36,351 nt of DNA from a virus (taxonomy: Duplodnaviria > Caudoviricetes). The notes beneath the pieces were generated by a model. It made no database searches. It saw nothing but the letters and a program-made list of their open reading frames with translations, and was not told where the DNA came from. Shown piece by piece: positions 25,295 to 33,519 of the stretch. The translations under genes were made by a program, and so were the position numbers. The stretch spans positions 1-36,351 of the IMG/VR virus record IMGVR_UViG_3300005077_000059. One strand, written 5' to 3'. The first letter of the stretch is position 1. The number at the start of each line of letters is the position of its first letter.

Positions 25295-25716
25295 GCTGGT
25301 GGCGCCGGCGGAAGCCGGCGTCGTCGAAGAGCCTCTATGCGATCTCGCCCGAGCGCGATCCTCGATGCGCGACGGTTCCGCCGAGCGTGCGCCAGCCATC
25401 GGTCCGCGAGGTGGACCAACTGGTGCAGCTGGTTGGGCAACTCCGCCGCGAGCTCGCCACCGCCACGGCGGCCGCCGGCGTGCGCGAGGAGCAGCCGCTC
25501 TGGCTCGCCAACGTGGCCAGCGCGCTGCGCGCGGCCGCGGAGGAGCTCGCCGGCGCGCACGTGCGCGAGGGCGCCTACCTCGATCGCGCCACGGGCAACC
25601 TGCGCTTTCAGGAGTGCCCAGGCTGCCCCACCTGCCAGCGCGTGCTGCCGCAGCTGCGCGGCGCGCTCGAGCTTGTCCACGCCGCGATCCGCGGAGGCCA
25701 GCATGCCGACACGTGA
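25291..25716 (+). CDS. Hypothetical protein with CPGCPTC motif, 141 aa
   Basis: TTG start overlapping the upstream TGA, GGGGGAG RBS. Confidence 0.6.
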   Translation: MSWWRRRKPASSKSLYAISPERDPRCATVPPSVRQPSVREVDQLVQLVGQLRRELATATAAAGVREEQPLWLANVASALRAAAEELAGAHVREGAYLDRATGNLRFQECPGCPTCQRVLPQLRGALELVHAAIRGGQHADT

Positions 25717-26155
25717 GGCCCCGCGCGTGCGCAATGAGCAGGCCGTGCTGCTCTGGCTCGCCTATGAGCAGGACCGCCGGCGAAGCGGTGGCATCCCGAG
25801 CGGGCTGCCCCTGGTGCGCCGGCACCATCCGAGCGAAGGCCCCGACGAGTTCACCATGCATGAGATAGAAGACCAGTGCTGGAGCTTCTGGCAGGTGCGT
25901 GGCCTGCGCGCCTCCCGCGGCACCATGGTGCGCGCCGCGTGGCGCGTGATGGGGCCGCCGGACCACCGGCAAACGAGCGAGCGCAACGGACTGCGGCCCG
26001 AGCACCTGCTCGGCAAGGTGACATGCCGCGTGCCAGAGCGCTGCCGATTCACGGTGTTCAAGTACTCGGCCACGCCGGCCGATCTCATCGCCGCCGCCGG
26101 CTCCGGCTGGCGGTCAATCCCCCATGGCAAGAAGCCCGAGGAGGCCTCAGCATGA
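25703..26155 (+). CDS. Hypothetical protein, 150 aa
   Basis: GGAGG RBS before ATG 25703 (MPTREAPRVRNEQAVLLWL). Confidence 0.6.
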   Translation: MPTREAPRVRNEQAVLLWLAYEQDRRRSGGIPSGLPLVRRHHPSEGPDEFTMHEIEDQCWSFWQVRGLRASRGTMVRAAWRVMGPPDHRQTSERNGLRPEHLLGKVTCRVPERCRFTVFKYSATPADLIAAAGSGWRSIPHGKKPEEASA

Positions 26156-26286
26156 GAACCCGATGGGACTACGATCCGCTCTTCGCCGGCGCGCTGCAGC
26201 GCCTCTGGCGCAGCCCCTACTTCCGGCTCGCCGTGGTGGCGGTCGACATCTTGCTGCTGCTGGCCCTCGCCAACGGCCTAGACTAG
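26152..26286 (+). CDS. Small single-TM membrane protein, 44 aa
   Basis: ATGA overlap, GAGGAGG RBS; hydrophobic FRLAVVAVDILLLLALA. Confidence 0.55.
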   Translation: MRTRWDYDPLFAGALQRLWRSPYFRLAVVAVDILLLLALANGLD

Positions 26287-26294
26287 GGGGCCTC

Positions 26295-26759
26295 ATGCGC
26301 GCCGACCCCAACTGCCTGCGTGCGCTCGCACCGGGCCTGCTCGTGAGCCTCGCCATCGTCGCGCGCGCCGCGCCACCAGGTGGAATGGTGCGCGTGCTCT
26401 ACCCCGGCGGCGCGACGTGGCAGGGGTGGAGCGATAGCGCACAGCCCGCACCAATGCGAGAACTGCCCGACTCCCTGCGCCTGCGCATTGAGGCCGGCGA
26501 CGAGGATCTGCTCAAGCAGGAGCTGCCCAACACCGGCTGGCGATACGTTCACGCGGCCTGCGACAGCGTAGGCCTGATGCTGCCAGTGGCGAGCGATGGA
26601 TCCGGGCGCCACCTCTCGCCGAGCGGCTGGGTCCGCCACTACTGGATCGCCGGCTGCCTGGTGGCCATGCGCGAGCTCGAGGTTGATGGCGAGTGCAGGC
26701 TCCAGGTAGTGCCCACCTGGAGGCCGAGCCCGAGCCCGAGCTACTGCGAGGAGCGGTAG
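26295..26759 (+). CDS. Putative exported protein, 154 aa
   Basis: Signal-peptide-like N-terminus (LAPGLLVSLAIVARA); AGGGGG RBS. Confidence 0.55.
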   Translation: MRADPNCLRALAPGLLVSLAIVARAAPPGGMVRVLYPGGATWQGWSDSAQPAPMRELPDSLRLRIEAGDEDLLKQELPNTGWRYVHAACDSVGLMLPVASDGSGRHLSPSGWVRHYWIAGCLVAMRELEVDGECRLQVVPTWRPSPSPSYCEER

Positions 26760-26889
26760 GTGTTGCCCGTGGCCGGAGCGCCATCGAAGCGCGAGGGCCG
26801 CATGGTCCGTGGCGAGCGTGGAGGGCTTGGCGCGGGCGATTGCTAGACGTCAATAACCCGCGGTCCGCAGCCGCGGGCAACCTCTACCG
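26754..26889 (+). ncRNA. Candidate structured RNA/DNA element closed by a 20-bp imperfect inverted repeat
   Basis: 26754-26773 pairs with 26870-26889 (17/20 Watson-Crick); internal stems. Confidence 0.35.
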
Positions 26890-26910
26890 GCGCGTGCGGC
26901 GCCACGAGAA

Positions 26911-26940
26911 GGGCCCGGCAGCATGGAGGCTGCCGGGCCC
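26911..26940. terminator. Terminator hairpin between convergent operons
   Basis: 12-bp perfect stem GGGCCCGGCAGC/GCTGCCGGGCCC; pyrimidine tracts on both strands (TTCTC on minus, CTCTCTCTC on plus). Confidence 0.7.
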
Positions 26941-26963
26941 GCTCTCTCTCACCACTCCCGCGC

Positions 26964-27419
26964 TCAGCTCTCCGGCGTTGGCGCCTTGCCCTTGCGCGCA
27001 ATCTTCTCGGCGCTCCGGCCGGCGATGGCCACGCCGAGAATGGCCATGTTGGCGTACCAGTACTCCTCGGGCAGCACCACCGAGGTGGGCTCGTGCCGGA
27101 GCGCTGGCACGCCGTAGCAGAGCAGCATGGTGAGCACGAATTGCAGGCCCACGATGGGCCGCCAGCTGCGGCTCAGCAGGTTGCCGTGCTCCTGCTCGGC
27201 CACCTGCACCGCGTGCTGGCTCTTGAGCCTGTCCGTCTCCGCCTGGTAGAGCCGCGCCTCGAAGTCCTGCTGCGCCTGGAGCAGCTGGGCGCGGATCAGC
27301 AGCTTGCGCGCCTCGAGCTCGCCCTTCTCCTCGCCGCTCGTGTGCAGCTCGTCCACCATGCGCAGCGCGGGCTCGAGGATACCGCCCGCCGCTGCCTTCA
27401 CCACCTCGAGCAGGCCCAT
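26964..27419 (-). CDS. Holin (3TM / gene-transfer-agent holin-like)
   Basis: VDELHTSGEEK, LLSRSWRPIVG and GVAIAGRSAEK motifs with hydrophobic segments. Confidence 0.75.
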   Translation of the reverse strand: MGLLEVVKAAAGGILEPALRMVDELHTSGEEKGELEARKLLIRAQLLQAQQDFEARLYQAETDRLKSQHAVQVAEQEHGNLLSRSWRPIVGLQFVLTMLLCYGVPALRHEPTSVVLPEEYWYANMAILGVAIAGRSAEKIARKGKAPTPES

Positions 27420-27428
27420 GGCCGCCTC

Positions 27429-27644
27429 CTACTTGCTGAGCTTGGCCTTGAGCGCGGCGCCCAGGCCGCTCTCGCGCACCACGTCCACGGCCGCCTGGCC
27501 GTAGATGTAGGCCGCCAGCAGGTTGATGATCTGCTCGACCGTCTCCGAGTGCTCGGGGCCGGCGAGCTGGAGCACGAGCGCCACCACCACGCCGCCGATG
27601 GCCACGAAGAGCTTGCGCGAGATCCACTTCTTGAGCGAGTCCAT
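27429..27644 (-). CDS. Small two-TM holin-like protein
   Basis: SRKLFVAIGGVVVALVL...AAYIYGQAAVD with a basic C-terminus. Confidence 0.65.
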   Translation of the reverse strand: MDSLKKWISRKLFVAIGGVVVALVLQLAGPEHSETVEQIINLLAAYIYGQAAVDVVRESGLGAALKAKLSK

Positions 27645-27666
27645 GCCAACCTCCTGCGTTGCTGGC

Positions 27667-27909
27667 CTAGTGCCAGTTCTCGTTATTGCCGCCGTTTGGG
27701 TCCTCCACGTGCTGGCCGGGGTTGCACTGCACCTTGGCCACGATCACCACGTCGAGGCTCTCGTAGCCGCCGAGCGTGGTGTTCGAGACGGTGATGATCT
27801 CCCAGCCGGCGTTGAGGTAGGCCGCGATGCGGTCTACCACCGTGTTCCACATGCCAGCAGCTGCCGCCACGCGCTGCCAGCTCACCACGTAGCCAGGATG
27901 CCCTGCCAT
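27667..27909 (-). CDS. Hypothetical protein, 80 aa
   Basis: ATG at 27909 after GGAGGT; within the lysis cassette. Confidence 0.55.
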   Translation of the reverse strand: MAGHPGYVVSWQRVAAAAGMWNTVVDRIAAYLNAGWEIITVSNTTLGGYESLDVVIVAKVQCNPGQHVEDPNGGNNENWH

Positions 27910-27911
27910 CG

Positions 27912-28160
27912 CTAAACCTCCTCCGGCTTCACAGCCTCGAGCGGCGGCTCCAGCAGCAGCACGTCGAGCCGCTCCGCGAGCCAGCGGTTGAGAGCCTCGC
28001 ACGTGGCGCGCGGCACTTCCTCGAGCACGTAGCCGGTGGCGAGATGGATCTGGCCAAACTCTCCGCGGCTCGTGATCTGCACCAGGCCCACCTGCTCGGG
28101 CCGGTGCAGGTAGTGCATGACCGCGCGGAGCTCGAACACAAAAGCAGCCCCTCTAGGCAT
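27912..28160 (-). CDS. Hypothetical protein, 82 aa
   Basis: AGGAGG RBS; within the lysis cassette. Confidence 0.55.
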   Translation of the reverse strand: MPRGAAFVFELRAVMHYLHRPEQVGLVQITSRGEFGQIHLATGYVLEEVPRATCEALNRWLAERLDVLLLEPPLEAVKPEEV

Positions 28161-28169
28161 GAGATCCTC

Positions 28170-28568
28170 CTAGTAGCTCCAGAGCGCAGGCCGTGGGGCC
28201 TCCTCCGCTCTGAGGGTATCGAGGTGCACGTAGCGGCCGCCCCACGGGCCGCGAGCCATGATGCCGATGCCGGAGAATCCGCGAGCGAGGGCGCCCTGCA
28301 CGATCCGATAGGCCTGCTCGCCAGCCACTGCCACGTCCACCGCCTTGCCCAGCGTGTGCGGGCCGGAGCCGGCGCTCGAGCTGGAGCCGACCTGCGCGTC
28401 GTGCTTCGGGCATCGATACGCGCTGTTGAGCTTGAAGGGAAAGCCGAGCTCGCGCCGCAGCGCCTGCAGCATGTCCATGAAGGCCTCGTCCATGAGCGCC
28501 TCGCCGCAGCCGCAGTGGCAGGTGAGCTCCTCGCGCGAGAAGTTGGGCCATCGCGTTGGCGTGCTCAC
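28170..28568 (-). CDS. Endolysin, peptidase M15 family zinc peptidase
   Basis: NFSREELTCHCGCG, SAYRCPKHD, HTLGKAVD (H-x6-D) and YVHLD motifs. Confidence 0.92.
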   Translation of the reverse strand: MSTPTRWPNFSREELTCHCGCGEALMDEAFMDMLQALRRELGFPFKLNSAYRCPKHDAQVGSSSSAGSGPHTLGKAVDVAVAGEQAYRIVQGALARGFSGIGIMARGPWGGRYVHLDTLRAEEAPRPALWSY

Positions 28569-28837
28569 TTCCGCTTCTCCTCCTCGTGCTCGTGGTAGCC
28601 GAATGGGCAGTTGGGATGGGCGCAGCTGCCGTGCTCGTCGATCCGCTTGACTATCGTCTCCAGCCTGATCAGTCGCCCCCGGTGCGAGAAGTGCGAGGCC
28701 ACCACGACCACGAGCGTAGCGCCCGAGGAGAGCAGCAGCTCCGGGCTCATGTTGAGCGCTGCGCTGGCGAGGGCCAGTGCCGTGAAGGGGTCGAAGGAGC
28801 CCATCAGCATCAGCGCCTCCACGGCTAGAGCGCCCAC
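28565..28837 (-). CDS. Small membrane protein (holin-like/accessory); start uncertain
   Basis: Hydrophobic segments followed by a short coiled coil; stop overlaps the endolysin start. Confidence 0.5.
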   Translation of the reverse strand: MGALAVEALMLMGSFDPFTALALASAALNMSPELLLSSGATLVVVVASHFSHRGRLIRLETIVKRIDEHGSCAHPNCPFGYHEHEEEKRK

Positions 28838-31800
28838 TCGCTCGTCAGATAGCTGGTCACGGCCTCGCGCTCGGCCGTGGAGTGGTACCTGCCGGCCAGC
28901 ATGATCTCAAACAAGTAACCCTTCAAGTAGTAAAAGCCGATAGCCTCGGAGCCGAGCACCACCGCCGCCGTGCCATCGTTGCAGCTCGCCACGTTGGCCG
29001 AGCTCACGCCCAGCAGCGTGGCGCCGCGGTAGGCCTCCACCTTGCCCGCCGGCGACCATGCCATCACCAGCAGCTCGGCCGTGCTGCCCATGGCGTAGGC
29101 CACCTGCTCGGTGGGCGCGTAGCTGCCCAGCGAGCTTTGCACCGTGGCAATGTCCGGCCGCAGCGTCCACTCGTACTGCCCGAGGCCGAACTTGCTTAGG
29201 TAGGCCTGCAGCATCGCCTTGCTGCTATCGCGCAGCCCCACCACGTACACCGTGAGCCCCGCGCTCGGCCAGCCGCGGGCCTCGTTCGTGTGCACTTCGA
29301 GGTCGCCCAGCGAGAGCAGGTCGTTGGAGCCATCGAACCAGAGGCCCGGCTTCCCGTTCTGCACCGCCGTGCGGTAGAGCGGCTGATAACTGCCGGTGGC
29401 CTGCTCCGCCTGCGCGTAGGCCGCGCCGCGCACGTCCGGCCACGCCGCCAGCGGATCGGTGTCCGCGTAGCCGCTCAGCGCATCCACCTTGCCCCACCAG
29501 CGCAGGGAGTCCAGGACGGCCTGGTCGATGGTGGCGTGGCCCCGCAGCGGCGCCGCGCCGCCGGCATCCTCCGCGATCTCCTGCAGCAAGAGGCTCGCGC
29601 GCGCGCGGTCCGTGTTGTAGCGGTGCTGCAGCACGACGAAGGGTGCGGAGTACTTCGGCGAGGATCCGGTCCGCTCGGGCAAGAGCTGGCGGTCCGCGAC
29701 TCGCACCACGGACCACGGCTCGAGCAGCGCGGCCTCCGGCTTGGTCACGCCGCCGAGGCTGATCTGGATGCGCGGCACGCTGCCCCGTGCCACGCGCCGC
29801 TGGACGTCGAGCGACGAGAGGCGGCGGTCCATGTAGCGGTTGGCCTTCATGCCCTTCGGCTTCTCTTTCCCGTAGAGCGCGACGCCCTCGGGGTCGGTCG
29901 CCACCGCCTTGCTGTGCGAGTCGCGCGAGAGCTCCAGGCCGGCATAGCTCACGCTGATGCGGTCGCCCTCGAGCACGGGCTGCTCTTCGTCCTCCGCGCT
30001 CGTGGAGCCCTCGCCCAGCGCCGCGAAGCTGAGCCCGGTTCCGCCAACCGGCGTGCTGCGGTTGCCCGGCGGGATCGTCAGCAGCACGAAGACCTCGGCG
30101 TTCGCCGCGACGGCCTCTTGTAGGCCATCCACGGCCGCGCCGTCGTAGAGGCCGCCGGCGTCGATGTACTGGAGCTCGATCCACTGCTCGTCGCTCGCGC
30201 CCACGCTCTCATCGGCGGTGCGCCTGGGGTAGACCTTGGTCACGCGGTACAGGCTCGCCGCGGTGCTGGCCGCGCCGAAGGCGACGAGGTTGCCGACGCC
30301 GATCGCATCCAGGCTCGACACGTGGACCCGCGTGTCACCGATGCTGGCCGCGGTCAGGACCTTGGCCATCCCCTTGGGCGTTCCGCTCGCGCTCGCCCCG
30401 GGCCAGCTCCACACGCCGTCGCCCTTCTTCTCGGTCCAGACGGGTGCGCCGGCAGAGTAGGCGAAGGCGAGCGCGGTCGCGAGCGTGACGACGCCCGTCG
30501 AGTAGTTCACGCTCGCCACCTCGAGCTCCGCGTCTCCGCTGGAAATCGTGAGGCGGTCGCCGGGGTCCAGCTCCTCGACGGTTTCCAGCGTGACAGTGAA
30601 GCCGCCGGCAGCCGCGTCGGCGGTCAGCGAGCTCGTGATCCTCCGCGCCAGGTAGCGGAAGGCCCACAGCGTCTGGCCGACGAAGGGATCGTCGCTCGGG
30701 CTCGGCGCGGTGACCATCCCGCCCTGGACGCAACGCAGCTCGAGCTCGACGGGATAGACGTCGAAGCCGGTGAAGCTCGGCACGAGGTTCCACTCGGAGT
30801 AGGGCCCGAGCAGGACGGTGATGCTCGGCTCGCTCGGCGCCAGGTTGCTGACGCTGCGCATCGCGTAGGTGCAGAAGGGCGCCAGGCTCCGCTTCGCGCT
30901 CTCATAGTCGGCCGGCGTGAGCGTGCAGGCCTCCGCGTCGCCATAGACGGGGTAGCGCCGCAGGACAGCCTCGCCATCGCGGTCGAGGTAGTACAGCGAG
31001 TCCGCGAGCTCGGTGGCCATGCGGATCGCCTCCCACTTGCTGATGCTGGACCCGTCGAGAAGCGGGATCCGGCCAGCATGCGTCTCGCCGTAGTACCAGG
31101 CCTTATACTCGCCCACGGGCCAGCGCTCGGGTCCGGTGAGCGGGAAGCAGGGCGAGCTCACGCCGCACACGCGCGCGTCGGCGCGGCTGCCGTTGTTGCC
31201 AACGGCCAGCGTTCCGATCCCGAGATAGGCATCGCCCAGCGGCACCGTGTCGCGGAGCACCAGGTTGGTCGACTGGCCGGGCTGCCAGGAGTAGAGCGCG
31301 CGGTCCGCCGGCGAGTAGAGCCAGACCAGCTCGCTCTCGTCCGTGTGCACCTCGCCCTCGAGCACGCGCGAAAGGCCCATTGGCGGCAGTGCAAAGCGCT
31401 GCTGCATCGGCGTGAAGCTCACGCCGCTGATGGCGTCGGCGCCCACGTTGTGCTGGAAGGCAAGCACGCCGAACCGGTAGGGGATGCCGACCCGCTTGTT
31501 GGTCTTGCTGAGCTGGCACTCCATGCGATCGAGGCAGGCCACGAGGCAGGAGTAGGTGGTGGTCGAGCCGCTGAACTGCTGGCGGCAGCCGAGCGCGACG
31601 GGCGTCCAGCGGCCCGCCCACGAGGCAGCGAGCGTGTAGCCCTTCTCGACGTAGGCGCCGCCCTCCGCGCCACCGTAGGTGAAGAGCAGGCCCTTCTGCC
31701 GCCCGCTCGTGGCGCTGAGGTCCGGCGCGGCGGCAACGTAGACCGCGCTGAGCGGATGGATGCCCACGCCGGCGCGCGTGCTCCGCCAGCTCGGGCTGCC

Positions 31801-33516
31801 GCCCTCGTTCGTGCCGTAGTAGTCCTGCCAGCCGTAGAGCAGGTATCCCTTCAGGTTGCTGTAGCCGTTCACGTCGCAGTGCACGAAGGTTGGCTGCGTG
31901 TGCGCGGCCAGCACCACGACGCTCCCGGCGTCAACGTGCACCTGCTGCGTGGAGCCGCGGACGAGGCCCAGGCAGACGTGCCAGCGGCTCGAGGCCGCGC
32001 GCTCCCAGGCGCACCAGGCCACGAAGAAGCCGAGGCCCGAGTCGTAGTCGCCGGCCACCGCCGGAAAGCTCACGTCGATGAGCGGGCCCTGCCCGAGCGA
32101 GTAGCGGGCGCCGCCCCAGTAGGGCGAGGCCGGACCCGAGCCGCCGTAGTCGAGGTCCAGCTGGTAGTAGCCGCGCCCGCTGCGCAGCATGGCGTCGTGG
32201 AACTCCTGCGCGGCCGGGAACGGCGTGTCCGGCAGCACGTCCCAGCTCTGGCTCGTCTCCTCGTGGTCCGAGTAGAGCGCGTCCGCGCCGCCCTCGGCCA
32301 CGCTCTCCTCCGCCACGCGCTTGTAGGCCACCACGTCGAGCGCCTGGCCAACCGTGAAGTAGTACAGGTTATCGTTCGTGTCGCGCCGCCGGCTCTGGAG
32401 CGCGAAGAGGTACTGCGCGAAGGGGACGGCGAGGTTTTCGAGTTGCTCGTTGCCGGTCGTCGGCTGGCGGTCGCCGCCGTAGGTCGCGTGGACGGTGGCG
32501 CCGCCGTAGCCCGTGAATGGCGAGTGCCGATAGACCACGGGCGCGAGCGCGGGATAATAGCCCTGGTAGGCCACCGTCGTGCAGCCGGTGGGCAGGTTCG
32601 CCAGGTAGGTGGCCCGGTCGTGCTTGTAGAACGTCAGCGAGCGGCAGCCCTCGGCCTTCTGGTCCAGCGGCTGGTAGTAGCCCGAGCTCGTCGGCGTCTG
32701 CTGCACGTCGGCAACCTCGCGGATGCCGGCGAGCACCAGGTACCAGTTGGCGTTAGCGCCGGCGCCGCGGGCCCACCAGACCCGCAGGATGTCGTAGCTG
32801 CTCGACAGCGTGAAGGCCAGGCTCACCGCGGAATAGAGGCCCGTCTCGGGATCCCACTCATAGAGGCCCTCGTGCGTCGCGAAGCAGAAGACGCGGTCCG
32901 TCTCGTTCCAGCACACGTCGACGGCCTTGGCCGTCACCTGCGCGAAGCCCGCCGCCGTGTAGTCGCCCGGCCGGCCGAGCGAGCTGGCCCCGCGCTCGAG
33001 GCCGCCGCTGCCGTAGTAGTCGATCATGGCGCTCGGGTAGGTCAGCGCGCTCAGGTCATCAGGCCGCCGCAGTTTGTCGACGGCCAGCGTCCACGGCAGG
33101 TCCGTGTACCAGCCGCGATAGAGCCCGACCTCCGCAGCGTCGCCCTGCCGGAGCGGCTCGCAGAGGCTCTCCAACTTCAGCGACGCGACGCCGCTGCCAT
33201 CCGTGATGAAGCCGCCCTGCTGCGCGATGCGGAAGGTGCCCAGCGTGAGCTTCTGGCTCGCCGTGACGAGGTAAAGCCGGGCGCGGCGGCCCTGCCACGT
33301 ACCCTCCCAGACGCTACCGACCCGCGCGGGCTCCGTGAGCCACCAGCCGTCCGCGTTCTGAACGCTGACGCGCGAAGGCGGCGAGAGCAGCGCGTTGCCG
33401 CTCTCAGCCTCGGCCAGGTAGGACACCTCGCCAAGGCTGCCGATCTTCAAGCGATCGGTGACGTCGCGCCATGCGCCGGCGTTGTCCTCGAGGTAGAGCC
33501 GAAGCGCGGTGGCCAC
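28825..33516 (-). CDS. Large tail tip / host-specificity protein with C-terminal LamG/concanavalin-like domain, 1563 aa
   Basis: Second gene after the tape measure; hub-like segments (YYLDRDGEAVLR); C-terminal NGKPGLWFDGSNDLL...GYLFEIML...EREAVTSYL. Confidence 0.7.
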   Translation of the reverse strand: MATALRLYLEDNAGAWRDVTDRLKIGSLGEVSYLAEAESGNALLSPPSRVSVQNADGWWLTEPARVGSVWEGTWQGRRARLYLVTASQKLTLGTFRIAQQGGFITDGSGVASLKLESLCEPLRQGDAAEVGLYRGWYTDLPWTLAVDKLRRPDDLSALTYPSAMIDYYGSGGLERGASSLGRPGDYTAAGFAQVTAKAVDVCWNETDRVFCFATHEGLYEWDPETGLYSAVSLAFTLSSSYDILRVWWARGAGANANWYLVLAGIREVADVQQTPTSSGYYQPLDQKAEGCRSLTFYKHDRATYLANLPTGCTTVAYQGYYPALAPVVYRHSPFTGYGGATVHATYGGDRQPTTGNEQLENLAVPFAQYLFALQSRRRDTNDNLYYFTVGQALDVVAYKRVAEESVAEGGADALYSDHEETSQSWDVLPDTPFPAAQEFHDAMLRSGRGYYQLDLDYGGSGPASPYWGGARYSLGQGPLIDVSFPAVAGDYDSGLGFFVAWCAWERAASSRWHVCLGLVRGSTQQVHVDAGSVVVLAAHTQPTFVHCDVNGYSNLKGYLLYGWQDYYGTNEGGSPSWRSTRAGVGIHPLSAVYVAAAPDLSATSGRQKGLLFTYGGAEGGAYVEKGYTLAASWAGRWTPVALGCRQQFSGSTTTYSCLVACLDRMECQLSKTNKRVGIPYRFGVLAFQHNVGADAISGVSFTPMQQRFALPPMGLSRVLEGEVHTDESELVWLYSPADRALYSWQPGQSTNLVLRDTVPLGDAYLGIGTLAVGNNGSRADARVCGVSSPCFPLTGPERWPVGEYKAWYYGETHAGRIPLLDGSSISKWEAIRMATELADSLYYLDRDGEAVLRRYPVYGDAEACTLTPADYESAKRSLAPFCTYAMRSVSNLAPSEPSITVLLGPYSEWNLVPSFTGFDVYPVELELRCVQGGMVTAPSPSDDPFVGQTLWAFRYLARRITSSLTADAAAGGFTVTLETVEELDPGDRLTISSGDAELEVASVNYSTGVVTLATALAFAYSAGAPVWTEKKGDGVWSWPGASASGTPKGMAKVLTAASIGDTRVHVSSLDAIGVGNLVAFGAASTAASLYRVTKVYPRRTADESVGASDEQWIELQYIDAGGLYDGAAVDGLQEAVAANAEVFVLLTIPPGNRSTPVGGTGLSFAALGEGSTSAEDEEQPVLEGDRISVSYAGLELSRDSHSKAVATDPEGVALYGKEKPKGMKANRYMDRRLSSLDVQRRVARGSVPRIQISLGGVTKPEAALLEPWSVVRVADRQLLPERTGSSPKYSAPFVVLQHRYNTDRARASLLLQEIAEDAGGAAPLRGHATIDQAVLDSLRWWGKVDALSGYADTDPLAAWPDVRGAAYAQAEQATGSYQPLYRTAVQNGKPGLWFDGSNDLLSLGDLEVHTNEARGWPSAGLTVYVVGLRDSSKAMLQAYLSKFGLGQYEWTLRPDIATVQSSLGSYAPTEQVAYAMGSTAELLVMAWSPAGKVEAYRGATLLGVSSANVASCNDGTAAVVLGSEAIGFYYLKGYLFEIMLAGRYHSTAEREAVTSYLTSEWAL

Positions 33517-33519
33517 GCC

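Noticed and set aside
28825-29520. Diversity-generating retroelement target at the tail-protein C-terminus
   Set aside because: No reverse transcriptase, and I saw no template/variable repeat pair
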